A stretch of DNA of 34,912 nucleotides from Nanobdellota archaeon (GCA_038045485.1 JBBSYA010000052.1:1-34912); one strand, 5' to 3'. Shown: positions 21,622-31,145, counted from the stretch's first letter. The notes: a model not told the origin generated them from the sequence alone. Made by a program: numbers and translations.

Positions 21622-23943
21622 ATGGCTGAAAAAGAATTAGTTGCAAGATTAAGAGTACAAGAAGCACTGCAGGATGATGCCTATAAGGGAATTGCTAGAA
21701 TAGATGCTGAAACAATGAAAGATATTGGAGTTAAACGAGGAGATATTGTTTCGATTAAAGGCGGAAAAGAAACTGTTGCTATTGTTGACAGAGCTTATCC
21801 TGCTGATGTTGGCGAAGGAATAATTAGAATTGATGGAATCTTAAGAAGAAATGCAAAAACAGGAGTTGGTGAAACTGTTTCTGTTAAAAAAGCTGAAATT
21901 AAAGAAGCCAAAAAAGTTTTGATTGCACCGGCACAAAAAGGAATAATGGTTCAAGCTGATGCTGATACACTTCGTTCTGGTTTACTTGGAAGAGCAGTTG
22001 TTAAAGGTGATGTTTTAGTTCTTGGCGGAGTTCAAAGAAGAAGAGATGTTATGGAGGGGATGGATATGGATGAAATTTTTGGAGATTTAGATAAAATGTT
22101 TGGCGGAGCTTTAGGAAATATGGGTGGAATGGGTTTCGGTGGAATACAACAGATAAAATTTGTTGTTGCAAGTACTAGTCCAAATTCAGCAGTTGTTATT
22201 ACAGAAAATACAGAAGTTCAACTTTCAACTAAAGCTGTTGAAATCTCAGAAGATTCTGGAAAATCTTTAGAAGTAACCTATGAGGATATTGGCGGATTAA
22301 CAGAAGAAGTTAAAAAAATTAGAGAAATGGTCGAACTACCATTAAAACATCCTGAAATTTTTGAAAGACTTGGAGTAGAGCCTCCAAAAGGAGTTTTATT
22401 ACATGGTCCTCCTGGAACAGGTAAAACCTTATTAGCAAAAGCAGTTGCAGCTGAAACAGAAGCGAATTTTATTTTGTTAAACGGACCTGAAATTATGAGC
22501 AAATTTTATGGGGAATCAGAAAAGCGAGTAAGAGAAATTTTTGATGAGGCAGAAAAAAATGCTCCAAGTATTATCTTTATTGATGAAATTGATGCAATCG
22601 CGCCTAAACGAGAAGATGTTCAAGGTGAAGTAGAGCGAAGAGTTGTAAGCCAGTTGTTAACAATGATGGACGGATTAAAATCCCGAGGGAAAGTGGTTGT
22701 TATTGGAGCAACAAATCGTCCGAATTCTATTGATCCTGCATTAAGACGTCCTGGAAGATTTGATAGAGAAGTTGAAATTAGTGTTCCTGATAAAGCCGGA
22801 AGATTAGCAATATTAAAAATACATAGTAGAAACATGCCTCTTGAAAAAAGTGTAGATTTAGATAAACTCGCTTCTGTAACTCATGGATTTGTTGGTGCAG
22901 ATTTATCTTCCCTTGCAAAAGAAGCAGCAATGGTTGTTCTTAGAAGAGTTATTCCTAAAATTCCAACAAAAGAAGGCGAGCAAATTCCTGAAGAGGTATT
23001 AAAAGAACTTAGAATTACAGATAAAGAATTTGAAGAAGCATTAAAAGTTGTTCGTCCAAGCGCCATGAGAGAAGTTTTAGTTGAAACTCCGAATATAAAA
23101 TGGGAAGATGTTGGTGGTTTAGATAAAGTTAAACAAGAACTAAAAGAAGCTGTTGAGTGGCCATTAAAACATCCAGAATCTTTTAAGAGATTGGGAATAA
23201 GGCCTCCAAAGGGTTTGTTACTTTACGGACCACCAGGAACAGGTAAGACTCTATTAGCAAAAGCTGTAGCAAAAGAAAGCGAAGCTAATTTTATTCAAGT
23301 TAAAGGTCCAAGTCTATTAAGTATGTGGGTTGGAGAATCTGAAAAAGGCGTAAGAAAAATATTTGAAAGAGCAAGACAAGTAGCTCCTTGTATAATCTTT
23401 TTTGATGAAATCGATTCTCTTGCAGGAAGAAGAGGAATGGGTTCTGAAGGCGGAAGTAAAGTTGCAGATCATGTTTTAAATCAATTACTTGCTGAAATGG
23501 ATGGAATAGAAGAAAATTCAGATATAGTTATAATCGGAGCAACAAATCGTCCAGATATTTTAGATGCAGCAATACTCCGACCAGGAAGATTTGATAGAAT
23601 TTTGCTTGTCGGCCCAACAGACAAAAAAGGTAGATTAGAGATTCTTAAAATACACACTAAAAATATGCCCCTTGCGAAAGATGTAGATATTAATGAATTA
23701 GCAGAAAAAACTGATGGTTATGTAGGAAGCGATTTAGAAGCCCTATGTAGAGAAGCAGCAATGTTAGAATTAAGGAAGAATATTGAAGCTAAAATAGTTA
23801 CTGCTGAACATTTTGAACAAGCCCTAGCAAAAGTTAGACCAAGTGTAACAAAGCAAGATATAGAAAAATACAAAAAAGTAGAGGAAAATTATCTTAAATC
23901 TGCTAAAGCTGCACTCGAAAGCAATTTGGCCTATCTTGGTTAG
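21622..23943 (+). CDS. Cdc48/VCP/VAT-type AAA+ ATPase
   Basis: The N-domain has GDIVSIKG and IIRIDG. D1 has GPPGTGKT, IIFIDEID and GATNRPNSIDPALRRPGRFD. D2 has GPPGTGKT, IIFFDEID and GATNRPDILDAAILRPGRFD. Confidence 0.95.
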   Translation: MAEKELVARLRVQEALQDDAYKGIARIDAETMKDIGVKRGDIVSIKGGKETVAIVDRAYPADVGEGIIRIDGILRRNAKTGVGETVSVKKAEIKEAKKVLIAPAQKGIMVQADADTLRSGLLGRAVVKGDVLVLGGVQRRRDVMEGMDMDEIFGDLDKMFGGALGNMGGMGFGGIQQIKFVVASTSPNSAVVITENTEVQLSTKAVEISEDSGKSLEVTYEDIGGLTEEVKKIREMVELPLKHPEIFERLGVEPPKGVLLHGPPGTGKTLLAKAVAAETEANFILLNGPEIMSKFYGESEKRVREIFDEAEKNAPSIIFIDEIDAIAPKREDVQGEVERRVVSQLLTMMDGLKSRGKVVVIGATNRPNSIDPALRRPGRFDREVEISVPDKAGRLAILKIHSRNMPLEKSVDLDKLASVTHGFVGADLSSLAKEAAMVVLRRVIPKIPTKEGEQIPEEVLKELRITDKEFEEALKVVRPSAMREVLVETPNIKWEDVGGLDKVKQELKEAVEWPLKHPESFKRLGIRPPKGLLLYGPPGTGKTLLAKAVAKESEANFIQVKGPSLLSMWVGESEKGVRKIFERARQVAPCIIFFDEIDSLAGRRGMGSEGGSKVADHVLNQLLAEMDGIEENSDIVIIGATNRPDILDAAILRPGRFDRILLVGPTDKKGRLEILKIHTKNMPLAKDVDINELAEKTDGYVGSDLEALCREAAMLELRKNIEAKIVTAEHFEQALAKVRPSVTKQDIEKYKKVEENYLKSAKAALESNLAYLG

Positions 23944-23981
23944 CTAATAAGCTTTTTAAAGCGTCTTTAATCACAATTAAC

Positions 23982-24452
23982 ATGGAAAATAAAAATATCG
24001 GCTGGCTTATCGTTGGAATATCTGCGTTCATAGGCATAATTATCTCTATCTTTTATTTCGGAGTCAATAAAATAATCGGAGCAACCTGCAGCCATGGTCC
24101 TTCCTGCGGAATGTATGCTACCTTGAAAATACAAACTTGGATAAGCATTTCTATCGCATTAGTAGTATTACTTATAGGATTATTTTTTATATTTGCAAAA
24201 GAAAAAGAAAAAATTGTTACAAGAACAATAAAAGAGAAAAGAAAAGAAATTGATGTTAGCAAATTAGACAAAGATGAAAAAGAAGTTATCAAAATCCTTC
24301 AATCCGAAAACGGCGCAATATTCCAAAGCACGCTAATGGAAAAACTTAACATCGGAAAAGTTGGAATGACTCGATTAATAGACAAACTAGAAGCAAAACA
24401 AATTGTTGAAAGAAAGCGAAGAGGAATGAATAATATTGTGGTTCTGAAGTAA
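23982..24452 (+). CDS. Membrane-anchored wHTH regulator (2 TM + CSHGPSC loop + MarR-like wHTH)
   Basis: Two hydrophobic helices flank ATCSHGPSCGMY. The C-terminal EKEVIKILQSENGAIFQSTLMEKLNIGKVGMTRLIDKLEAKQIVER is a wHTH. Confidence 0.6.
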   Translation: MENKNIGWLIVGISAFIGIIISIFYFGVNKIIGATCSHGPSCGMYATLKIQTWISISIALVVLLIGLFFIFAKEKEKIVTRTIKEKRKEIDVSKLDKDEKEVIKILQSENGAIFQSTLMEKLNIGKVGMTRLIDKLEAKQIVERKRRGMNNIVVLK

Positions 24453-24471
24453 GTTCAGAGCATTTATCCTC

Positions 24472-24489
24472 GATGTAACTAGTTACATC
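24472..24489. promoter_or_regulatory. Perfect 18-bp palindrome upstream of the metal operon
   Basis: GATGTAACTAGTTACATC lies between CATTTATCC (TATA-like) and the ATG at 24525. Confidence 0.5.
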
Positions 24490-24524
24490 AAAGCCATTAT
24501 AATGGTGGTTTCTAATGATTTATT

Positions 24525-24716
24525 ATGAAAAATGGAAAAAAGAATGTTGCATCTTGTTTAATATGCGAACAAGAAATGGTAAGCGACATATTAGCTAAAA
24601 ACTATTGCAAACTTTGCGGAATGATAATAGAAAACAATGAAAGCAAATTTTGCTGTGATGATTGTGAAAATAAATTCAATAAAATAAATATAACAGAACT
24701 AAAAGATAAATTATGA
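24525..24716 (+). CDS. Cys-rich TRASH/YHS-like metal-binding protein
   Basis: An N-terminal CLICEQ is followed by YCKLCGMIIENNESKFCCDDCENKF, which resembles the CxxCG...FCSxxCxxxF pattern of TRASH domains. Confidence 0.45.
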   Translation: MKNGKKNVASCLICEQEMVSDILAKNYCKLCGMIIENNESKFCCDDCENKFNKINITELKDKL

Positions 24717-26191
24717 AAAAAACATTTATTATAAAAGGAATGCATTGTAACTCATGTGCTATCCTAACAGAAAAAGAGCTTAAGGATAAAGTAAACAATA
24801 TCTCTGTTAGTTACTCAAATGAAAAAGCAGAAATAGATTTTGATGAAAATAAAATAAATGAAAGCGAGATAATCGAAATTATCAAAAAACTCGGCTATCA
24901 TGCAACTCCCGAAAATGCAGAAAAAATTGAGAAAGAAAACAACAACTCAAAAAATCAATTTAGCAGCTTCGAAAAGATTTTATTTTGGTCTATAATTATT
25001 ATAATCCCTCTTTTATTATTATACAAATTTACTGGATTTAGCTTTTCTAATTTTAATCTTCCCGATATTCAAATTCCTGAACTTGGAGATAAAGCAAGTT
25101 TAGCTCTTTTATTTTTAGCAGGTATCTTAACTGGTTTCCATTGCGTATCTATGTGTGGTGGTTTTGTTGTTTCCTATACTGCTAAAAATGCGCTTAACGG
25201 ATATAAGGGATTCAAACAACATTTAGTTTATGGTGGCTCTAAAGTTTTATCTTATACTATTATAGGCGGAATATTCGGATTAATTGGCGGAATCTTTGCA
25301 TTTAGTATAAAACTTCGTGGAGTCATAGCCATCTTAGCAGGTTTATTTATGATATTTTATGCATTAAGCATGTTTGGTTTCAAATTCTTCAGAAAATTCC
25401 AATTAAATCCTAAATTTTTAACAAATGCTGCAACAAAAGCAAACAACAGTGCACACGGACATTTCAGAGCCCCATTTATTACTGGACTATTAAACGGATT
25501 ATTCCTAGCATGCGGACCTCTTCAGGCAATGTATCTTTATGCAATGGGAACGGGCAGCTTTTTATCAGGGGCAGCAAGTCTAGCCGTTTTTGGATTAGGA
25601 ACACTCCCAGTTATGCTGGGTTTTGGATTCATTGCCACAACAATAAGCCATAAAACTACTGGAAGAATACTAAAGATATCTGCAGTTATTGTACTGATAC
25701 TCGGATTAATAATGCTAAATAGAGGTTTATCGTTAACAGGTAGCAATTTTAGTTTTGATACTATTAAAACAAGTTTAGCTGGCGGAGCGATTATAGCTAA
25801 TGCTAATGGTGCAATAATTACTAATGGAGTTCAGGAAATAAATATGAATGTAGATGCTTCAGGGTATTCTCCAAACTCTTTTGTCCTTAAAAAAGGGGTT
25901 CCCGTAAAATGGAATGTAAATGTAGTACAATTAACTGGTTGTAATAACGAGTTAGTTATCGGGGAGTATAATATTGATAAAAGATTAAAATCGGGCTTAA
26001 ATGTAATTGAATTCACGCCAACAAAAACAGGAACAATAACCTTCACCTGCGGAATGGGCATGCTAAGAGGAAGTTTTATTGTTACGGAAGATGGAACAGC
26101 ATCACAATCTCAAGTTCAAGCAGCAACGCCTCCAAAAGGAAGTTCATGTAGCATGGGTGCAAATGGCGGAGGCTGCGGTTGCGGAGGATAA
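24713..26191 (+). CDS. HMA domain + DsbD_2/TauE-like polytopic membrane domain + cupredoxin_1-like domain fusion
   Basis: The N-terminal KGMHCNSCA is GMxCxxC. The membrane core has GFHCVSMCGGFV. The C-terminal part has YSPNSFVLKKGVPVKWNVN...LTGCNNELV...ITFTCGMGMLRGSFIV. The tail is CSMGANGGGCGCGG. ATGA overlap with the upstream gene. Confidence 0.8.
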   Translation: MKKTFIIKGMHCNSCAILTEKELKDKVNNISVSYSNEKAEIDFDENKINESEIIEIIKKLGYHATPENAEKIEKENNNSKNQFSSFEKILFWSIIIIIPLLLLYKFTGFSFSNFNLPDIQIPELGDKASLALLFLAGILTGFHCVSMCGGFVVSYTAKNALNGYKGFKQHLVYGGSKVLSYTIIGGIFGLIGGIFAFSIKLRGVIAILAGLFMIFYALSMFGFKFFRKFQLNPKFLTNAATKANNSAHGHFRAPFITGLLNGLFLACGPLQAMYLYAMGTGSFLSGAASLAVFGLGTLPVMLGFGFIATTISHKTTGRILKISAVIVLILGLIMLNRGLSLTGSNFSFDTIKTSLAGGAIIANANGAIITNGVQEINMNVDASGYSPNSFVLKKGVPVKWNVNVVQLTGCNNELVIGEYNIDKRLKSGLNVIEFTPTKTGTITFTCGMGMLRGSFIVTEDGTASQSQVQAATPPKGSSCSMGANGGGCGCGG

Positions 26192-26192
26192 T

Positions 26193-26504
26193 ATGAATAA
26201 ACCTTGGATAATAATTATAATCGTTGGAATCATATTAGTTGGCGGCTTTTTTGTAAATACAAATCTAACTGGAAACACTATAGATACTGAAAATCTTTCA
26301 ACAATTAAACTTCAAGTAGCCATTCCATGCGGCGGACATGCTTCGCTTATTAGAAATGAATTGTATAAAGTTAATGGAATAGAAAATATAGAATACACGC
26401 CAATAACTATGTTTTTAGTATATTACAATCCTGATAAGTTATCCGAACAAGACATTTTAGACTTAGATATTTTCAAAGAATATCCTGCTAAAAAAATTAA
26501 TTAA
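26193..26504 (+). CDS. TM-anchored HMA-like domain protein with CGGH in place of CxxC
   Basis: A TM helix is followed by LQVAIPCGGHASLIRNELYKVNGIENIEY, an HMA-like beta-alpha-beta pattern. The ATG at 26193 is preferred to the long overlapping ORF-track start at 26079. Confidence 0.45.
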   Translation: MNKPWIIIIIVGIILVGGFFVNTNLTGNTIDTENLSTIKLQVAIPCGGHASLIRNELYKVNGIENIEYTPITMFLVYYNPDKLSEQDILDLDIFKEYPAKKIN

Positions 26505-26623
26505 AATGAAAAGCTATAATCAATGCAGATGCGGAAATAGAAAAGTAGAATCAAGCAAACTCTGCGCTAGATGCCATAGAGGAAATAAAAATCATAGCAA
26601 AAGTGGCTGGTGGCGAAGATAAA

Positions 26624-26821
26624 ATGAAAAAAATATTTACAATAAAAGGCATGCACTGCGAAAGTTGCTCTAAACTTATAGAAAGCGAGCTTGAAGATAA
26701 TGGCATTTTCAGTAAAATAGATTTCAAATCAGGAAAAGCAGTAATTAATTTTGATGAGAAAAAGATTTCAGAAGATAAAATAAAAAGTTTGATTAAAAAT
26801 TTAAGTTATAATCTAGAATAA
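26624..26821 (+). CDS. copZ: CopZ-like HMA metallochaperone
   Basis: MKKIFTIKGMHCESCSKLIESEL carries GMxCxxC. The protein is 65 aa from the ATG at 26624; the ORF-track start at 26603 is GTG. Confidence 0.8.
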   Translation: MKKIFTIKGMHCESCSKLIESELEDNGIFSKIDFKSGKAVINFDEKKISEDKIKSLIKNLSYNLE

Positions 26822-26854
26822 AGCTCAATTAAACTAAAAGGAGGTAAAATAAAA

Positions 26855-27256
26855 ATGAAAAAAATATTAATAATCACAGGAATTGTTCTTTTATTGGCTT
26901 TTACTGGATTTTTTCTGTTTAATAGAAATCTTGCCGAAAATACCATAAACGGAGACTTCTCTAATGCGCCAGTTAAAGAATTTACAATGACATCTTTTTA
27001 TGATAATACCGGTATTTGGTTTTCGCTTAAAGAAATAAGCGTTAATGTAGGGGATCTTGTTAGGATTAAAGTAACAAATATTAAGGGAACACATGACTTT
27101 ACTCTTGATGAATATGGGATTAAAGAAATGACTCCTCTAAATGAGGAGATAATAGTTGAATTTATAGCAGATAAAGCTGGGTCTTTTGAATATTACTGCT
27201 CGGTTTCCGGACATAGACAAAAAGGACAATGGGGAACACTTAAAGTACTTGAATAA
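26855..27256 (+). CDS. Secreted/anchored cupredoxin (type-1 copper-like site with Gln at axial position)
   Basis: It has a signal/anchor helix. KGTHDF supplies a His ligand. YYCSVSGHRQKGQWG matches the C-x4-H-x4-Q spacing where Met is usual. A GGAGGT SD precedes the ATG. Confidence 0.65.
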   Translation: MKKILIITGIVLLLAFTGFFLFNRNLAENTINGDFSNAPVKEFTMTSFYDNTGIWFSLKEISVNVGDLVRIKVTNIKGTHDFTLDEYGIKEMTPLNEEIIVEFIADKAGSFEYYCSVSGHRQKGQWGTLKVLE

Positions 27257-27258
27257 AA

Positions 27259-27492
27259 ATGATAATCCTATTAGGACAAACTTTAATATATTGGAGCGGC
27301 ATCCTGGCGGCAATTTCTTTAATTTTTACTTTTTTAGGATGCTGCTGCAATACTCGATGGAATTTATGTAAGTATAAGTCTATTTCGTGGCTCACAAAGC
27401 ATCATAGGTTCTTTGTATATTCTGCGATAATTCTATCTTTAATGCACATATCGTTATCATTATTGGCTAAAAATTTTGGAATATATGTTTAA
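27259..27492 (+). CDS. Small membrane protein with CCC motif
   Basis: Two or three hydrophobic segments and FLGCCCNTRWNLC. It starts 2 nt after the upstream stop. Confidence 0.4.
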   Translation: MIILLGQTLIYWSGILAAISLIFTFLGCCCNTRWNLCKYKSISWLTKHHRFFVYSAIILSLMHISLSLLAKNFGIYV

Positions 27493-27531
27493 GCAAGAAG
27501 CATATTCTTTAGCATAGAAACATTTAAATAC

Positions 27532-27547
27532 TTGAGCAAATGCTCAA
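27532..27547. promoter_or_regulatory. Palindromic operator at the ArsR-family gene promoter
   Basis: TTGAGCA-AA-TGCTCAA lies immediately downstream of GAAACATTTAAATA (27517-27530). It overlaps the first in-frame ATG (27540). Confidence 0.55.
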
Positions 27548-27551
27548 CTAT

Positions 27552-27893
27552 ATGGAAAATATGAAAGAACAAAAAATAAATAAAAATGTTATGCAGTTTT
27601 TCTCAAGTTTAGCCGACGAGACAAGACTTAAAATTATACTGAGCATAGCAGAAAAACCAAGAACAGTAAACGATATTTATAGTTTCGTAGGCAAAGACAA
27701 GATGACACTTTCAGCAATATCTCACCAGCTTAAGACCCTTAGCGATACGGGGATTATATTCTCCATTAAAAAAGGAAAAGAAAAGTATTTTGAACTATCA
27801 GATAAATTTTGCTGGTGCGTTCTAAGAGATGCGTTCAGCCAATTTAACAGCAAACTTAAAATTAAATGCAAAAAGTGTGAAAATCACAAGTAG
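27552..27893 (+). CDS. ArsR/SmtB-family metalloregulator
   Basis: [50 protein letters not shown] is the ArsR wHTH pattern. The C-terminal cysteines are CWC and CKKCENH. The start could also be 27540 or 27561. Confidence 0.8.
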   Translation: MENMKEQKINKNVMQFFSSLADETRLKIILSIAEKPRTVNDIYSFVGKDKMTLSAISHQLKTLSDTGIIFSIKKGKEKYFELSDKFCWCVLRDAFSQFNSKLKIKCKKCENHK

Positions 27894-27898
27894 TTAAA

Positions 27899-30094
27899 AT
27901 GGCTAAAATCACACTAGACATCACGGGTATGCATTGTGCCAGTTGCGGAACTTTAATAAATAAAAAACTGGAAAAGGTTGAAGGTGTAAAATATTCTAAT
28001 GTTAATCTTACTACAGAAAAAGCCACAGTAGATTTTGATGAGAAAAAGACTTCTGAAGCCGAGATTATAAAAGCAATAAATAGTTTAGGCTATGTTGCAA
28101 GCATATCTACTGGAAATAACCCCGATAAAGAAACAAATAAAAGAAAAGCAGAAATTAAAAAGTTAAAATATCAGCTTATTTGGGGTTTAATTTTTTCTAT
28201 TCCTTCAGTTATAATCGGAATGATTTTAATGTGGTTTGGCATAGATGTTCCTTATAAGAATTATATTCTTCTTGGATTAGCAACACCAGTTCAGTTTGTA
28301 ATTGGTTGGGGAATTTATAAAAGTGCATTCGGAGCCCTAAGAAATAAATCCGCCAACATGGATACACTAATCGCAATAGGAACGAGTGCAGCATATTTTT
28401 TTAGTGTTTATGTAACTTTTTTTGAGCCCATGGGTGAACAATATTTCGAAGCAGCAGCAGTACTTATCACTTTTGTTATTTTAGGAAGATATTTAGAAGC
28501 AATAGCTAAAGGAAAAACAAGTGAAGCAATAAAAAAATTAATGAACCTTTCTCCAAAAATTGCAACAGTTATAAGAAATGGCAAAGAAATGAAAATTCCA
28601 GTAGACCAGGTTATTATGGGCGATATTGTTATTGTAAAACCTGGAGAAAAAGTTCCTGTAGATGGCACTATAATTGAAGGCGAAAGTTCAATTGATGAAT
28701 CTATGATTACTGGAGAAAGCATGCCTGTTGAAAAACATAAGGGAGATACTGTAATAGGCGCAACAATAAACAAGCAGGGAAGTTTTAAATTTAAGGCTAC
28801 AAAAGTTGGCGCAAATACTACTTTAGCACTAATCGTTAAACTAATTGAAGATGCTCAGGGTAAAAAAGCGCCAATACAAAGATTTGCAGACCAAATTTCA
28901 ACATATTTTGTTCCAATAGTAATAGTCATTGCATTAATTGCATTTTCTGTTTGGTTTTTTGCTGTAGGCCAAAGCTTTTCTTTCGCTTTAATAATTGCGG
29001 TTTCTGTTCTTGTTATTGCGTGTCCTTGTGCTCTCGGACTCGCTACTCCAACAGCAATAATGGTCGGAACTGGAAAAGGCGCAGAAAAAGGAATACTCAT
29101 TAAGGGCGGAGATGCATTAGAAACTGCCCATAAGCTTTTCGCCGTAGTCTTTGATAAAACAGGGACATTAACTCAAGGAAAACCTGATGTTACAGATATT
29201 GTTTCAACTAATTCTTCAATAAGCGAAGAAGAAATCCTTAAATTTGCAGCAAGCGTAGAGCAATACAGCGAACATCCTCTGGCTCAAGCTATTGTAAATA
29301 AATCTAAAGAAAAGAAGATAAAACTAGAAAATATAAAGAATTTCAGAGCAATTCCAGGTCATGGAGTTGAAGGGATGTTTGGAAAAAAGAAGATTGTTGT
29401 AGGCAAGCCAGAATATATCAGAAAAATAAAAAGCTTAGATAGTTTAAACGGTAAAATAAATGAATTAGAAGGTCAGGGAAAAACCGTAGTTATATTAATG
29501 TACAACAACAAAGTTTATGGATTAGTCGCAATAGCAGATACTATAAGAGAAGACTCTATTCTTGCAGTAAAACAGTTACAAAAGCAAAAAGTATTTGTTT
29601 ATATGATAACGGGTGATAATAAACGAACAGCCCATGCAATAGCAAAGCAGCTTGGAATAAATCATGTTATAGCTGAAGTTCTCCCGCAAGATAAAGCTGC
29701 AAAAGTAAAAGAGCTTCAAAAAAATGGCGCAAGAAAAGTCGCGATGGTTGGCGATGGAATTAATGATGCTCCTGCATTGGCTCAAGCAGATATTGGTATT
29801 GCAATAGGTTCTGGAACAGATGTAGCAATGGAAACAGGAAATATAGTTCTTATGAACAATAAAACAACTGATGTTGTTAGGGCGATTAACCTAAGCAAGA
29901 TGACAATCAAGAAAATTAAGCAAAATATGTTCTGGGCTTTATTCTACAATTCACTTGGTATTCCGATTGCAGCAGGCCTATTATATCCATTCACAGGATG
30001 GCTTTTATCACCAATAATCGCTGGTGGGGCTATGGCTCTTTCATCTGTAAGTGTTGTTCTTAATACACTTTTAATGAAAAAGAAGAAGTTTTAG
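27899..30094 (+). CDS. copA: Cu(I)/Ag(I)-type P1B ATPase (CPC class)
   Basis: N-terminal [17 protein letters not shown]6 [24 protein letters not shown] and [10 protein letters not shown]. Confidence 0.95.
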   Translation: MAKITLDITGMHCASCGTLINKKLEKVEGVKYSNVNLTTEKATVDFDEKKTSEAEIIKAINSLGYVASISTGNNPDKETNKRKAEIKKLKYQLIWGLIFSIPSVIIGMILMWFGIDVPYKNYILLGLATPVQFVIGWGIYKSAFGALRNKSANMDTLIAIGTSAAYFFSVYVTFFEPMGEQYFEAAAVLITFVILGRYLEAIAKGKTSEAIKKLMNLSPKIATVIRNGKEMKIPVDQVIMGDIVIVKPGEKVPVDGTIIEGESSIDESMITGESMPVEKHKGDTVIGATINKQGSFKFKATKVGANTTLALIVKLIEDAQGKKAPIQRFADQISTYFVPIVIVIALIAFSVWFFAVGQSFSFALIIAVSVLVIACPCALGLATPTAIMVGTGKGAEKGILIKGGDALETAHKLFAVVFDKTGTLTQGKPDVTDIVSTNSSISEEEILKFAASVEQYSEHPLAQAIVNKSKEKKIKLENIKNFRAIPGHGVEGMFGKKKIVVGKPEYIRKIKSLDSLNGKINELEGQGKTVVILMYNNKVYGLVAIADTIREDSILAVKQLQKQKVFVYMITGDNKRTAHAIAKQLGINHVIAEVLPQDKAAKVKELQKNGARKVAMVGDGINDAPALAQADIGIAIGSGTDVAMETGNIVLMNNKTTDVVRAINLSKMTIKKIKQNMFWALFYNSLGIPIAAGLLYPFTGWLLSPIIAGGAMALSSVSVVLNTLLMKKKKF

Positions 30095-30095
30095 G

Positions 30096-30302
30096 ATGGA
30101 AAAACAAATAAATCATAATTCAATAAATACAAATCACGACATAATTATGTTTTTATGTTGTTTAATACCTCTGATTATTACGGGAATATTACTTTATCTC
30201 GGATTTAAGCAATATGCAATTTTATTAACAATGCTATTATGCCCCCTTTTGCATTATGTCCATAAACTTAAACAACACCATTTATGGTGTGGACGTAGAT
30301 GA
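30096..30302 (+). CDS. Small membrane protein (68 aa)
   Basis: Two hydrophobic helices and a His-rich end (LLHYVHKLKQHH). It starts 1 nt after the copA stop. Confidence 0.4.
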   Translation: MEKQINHNSINTNHDIIMFLCCLIPLIITGILLYLGFKQYAILLTMLLCPLLHYVHKLKQHHLWCGRR

Positions 30303-30337
30303 GGACTAGTTTAAGTTTTGGATCATCCTAAAAACAA

Positions 30338-30386
30338 GTGCCAATCAAACCCACACCTTTAGGTGTGGGTGGCACATTGTTTTTTT
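30338..30386 (+). terminator. Stem-loop plus T-run terminator after the copA operon
   Basis: The outer stem is GTGCCA/TGGCAC and the inner 9-bp stem is CCCACACCT-TT-AGGTGTGGG. The hairpin is followed by TGTTTTTTT. Confidence 0.6.
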
Positions 30387-30476
30387 GATTTTATGATGAA
30401 AAATGTGCATAAAAAAGAAGCAACCAAAGAGAATAAAAAGGTCAAATGCCATTAATAATCAATAAAAGAGGTAAAA

Positions 30477-30689
30477 ATGTTAGAAAAGATAAAAAAAGCA
30501 AAACCTTTCGAGCTTAGAATGTGGATGTGGGGGGGAATTGTTTTAGGTTTTGGATTGGGCATGCTCTTATCAGATTATAAAAATCAGCTAATGCTGCCGG
30601 CAATATTACTTGGAGTTATTATTCATGGGTGGGCGATGTATAAAATCTATTCAAGAAAACAAAAATATTGGATAGAAAGGAAACAATAA
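30477..30689 (+). CDS. Small membrane protein (70 aa)
   Basis: Two TM helices. An AGAGGT SD-like sequence lies upstream. Confidence 0.4.
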   Translation: MLEKIKKAKPFELRMWMWGGIVLGFGLGMLLSDYKNQLMLPAILLGVIIHGWAMYKIYSRKQKYWIERKQ

Positions 30690-30889
30690 TGAAACAAAAT
30701 TTAGGGAAATTAGATAGGATATTCAGATTTGCATTGGCTTTTTGGTGGCTAGGTCCTTGGGCTCCACAATTTAATTTTGCATGGTTAAATTGGATTATCA
30801 TTATTATTGGCTGGATTGCCTTATTGGAAAGTTTTACTGGCTGGTGCGGGCTTCACATTTTATTAGGAATACATAATAAAAATCAGTAA
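30689..30889 (+). CDS. DUF2892/YgaP-like small membrane protein
   Basis: GKLDRIFRFALAF...LLESFTGWCGLHILLGI matches the R..R...G...G-x-C-x-L/Y..LG pattern. The ATG at 30689 overlaps the upstream stop (TAATG); the ORF-track start at 30668 is TTG. Confidence 0.55.
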   Translation: MKQNLGKLDRIFRFALAFWWLGPWAPQFNFAWLNWIIIIIGWIALLESFTGWCGLHILLGIHNKNQ

Positions 30890-30909
30890 ATTCAAAAAGG
30901 AGGTTAAAA

Positions 30910-31143
30910 ATGAAAACAAAAATTTTATTAATCGCATTAATAGGACTTTTATTTACTATAAACTTAGCATCTGCCGCAATAAGTGATAACTATAGCTGCC
31001 CAATGGGCGGAATGATGTATGGCGCATTCGGTGGCTATGGAACCGGAATGATGTTTTTTAGCTGGATAATATATGTTCTCGTAATTATTCTTATTATTGC
31101 CGCAATATACTGGCTTGTAAAATCTGCAAATCATAAAAGATAA
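30910..31143 (+). CDS. Small secreted/anchored Met/Gly-rich protein
   Basis: A signal peptide is followed by CPMGGMMYGAFGGYGTGMMF and a C-terminal TM helix. A GGAGGT SD precedes the ATG. Confidence 0.45.
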   Translation: MKTKILLIALIGLLFTINLASAAISDNYSCPMGGMMYGAFGGYGTGMMFFSWIIYVLVIILIIAAIYWLVKSANHKR

Positions 31144-31145
31144 AA

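Noticed and set aside
26079-26192. Long 5' extension of the HMA-like ORF (start 26079), the GTG start of copZ (26603) and the 27186-27371 ORF
   Set aside because: The extensions overlap the preceding CDS out of frame. Internal ATGs at 26193 and 26624 give canonical TM or MKK-GMHC N-termini directly after upstream stops.
28408-28773. Antisense ORFs inside long genes (for example 609-866, 2095-2316, 3305-3556, 10160-10468, 12232-12447, 14845-15072, 22278-22502, 25537-25746, 28408-28773, 32648-32917)
   Set aside because: All lie fully inside confidently assigned genes on the opposite strand and have biased, low-complexity translations with no motifs. They are typical shadow ORFs.
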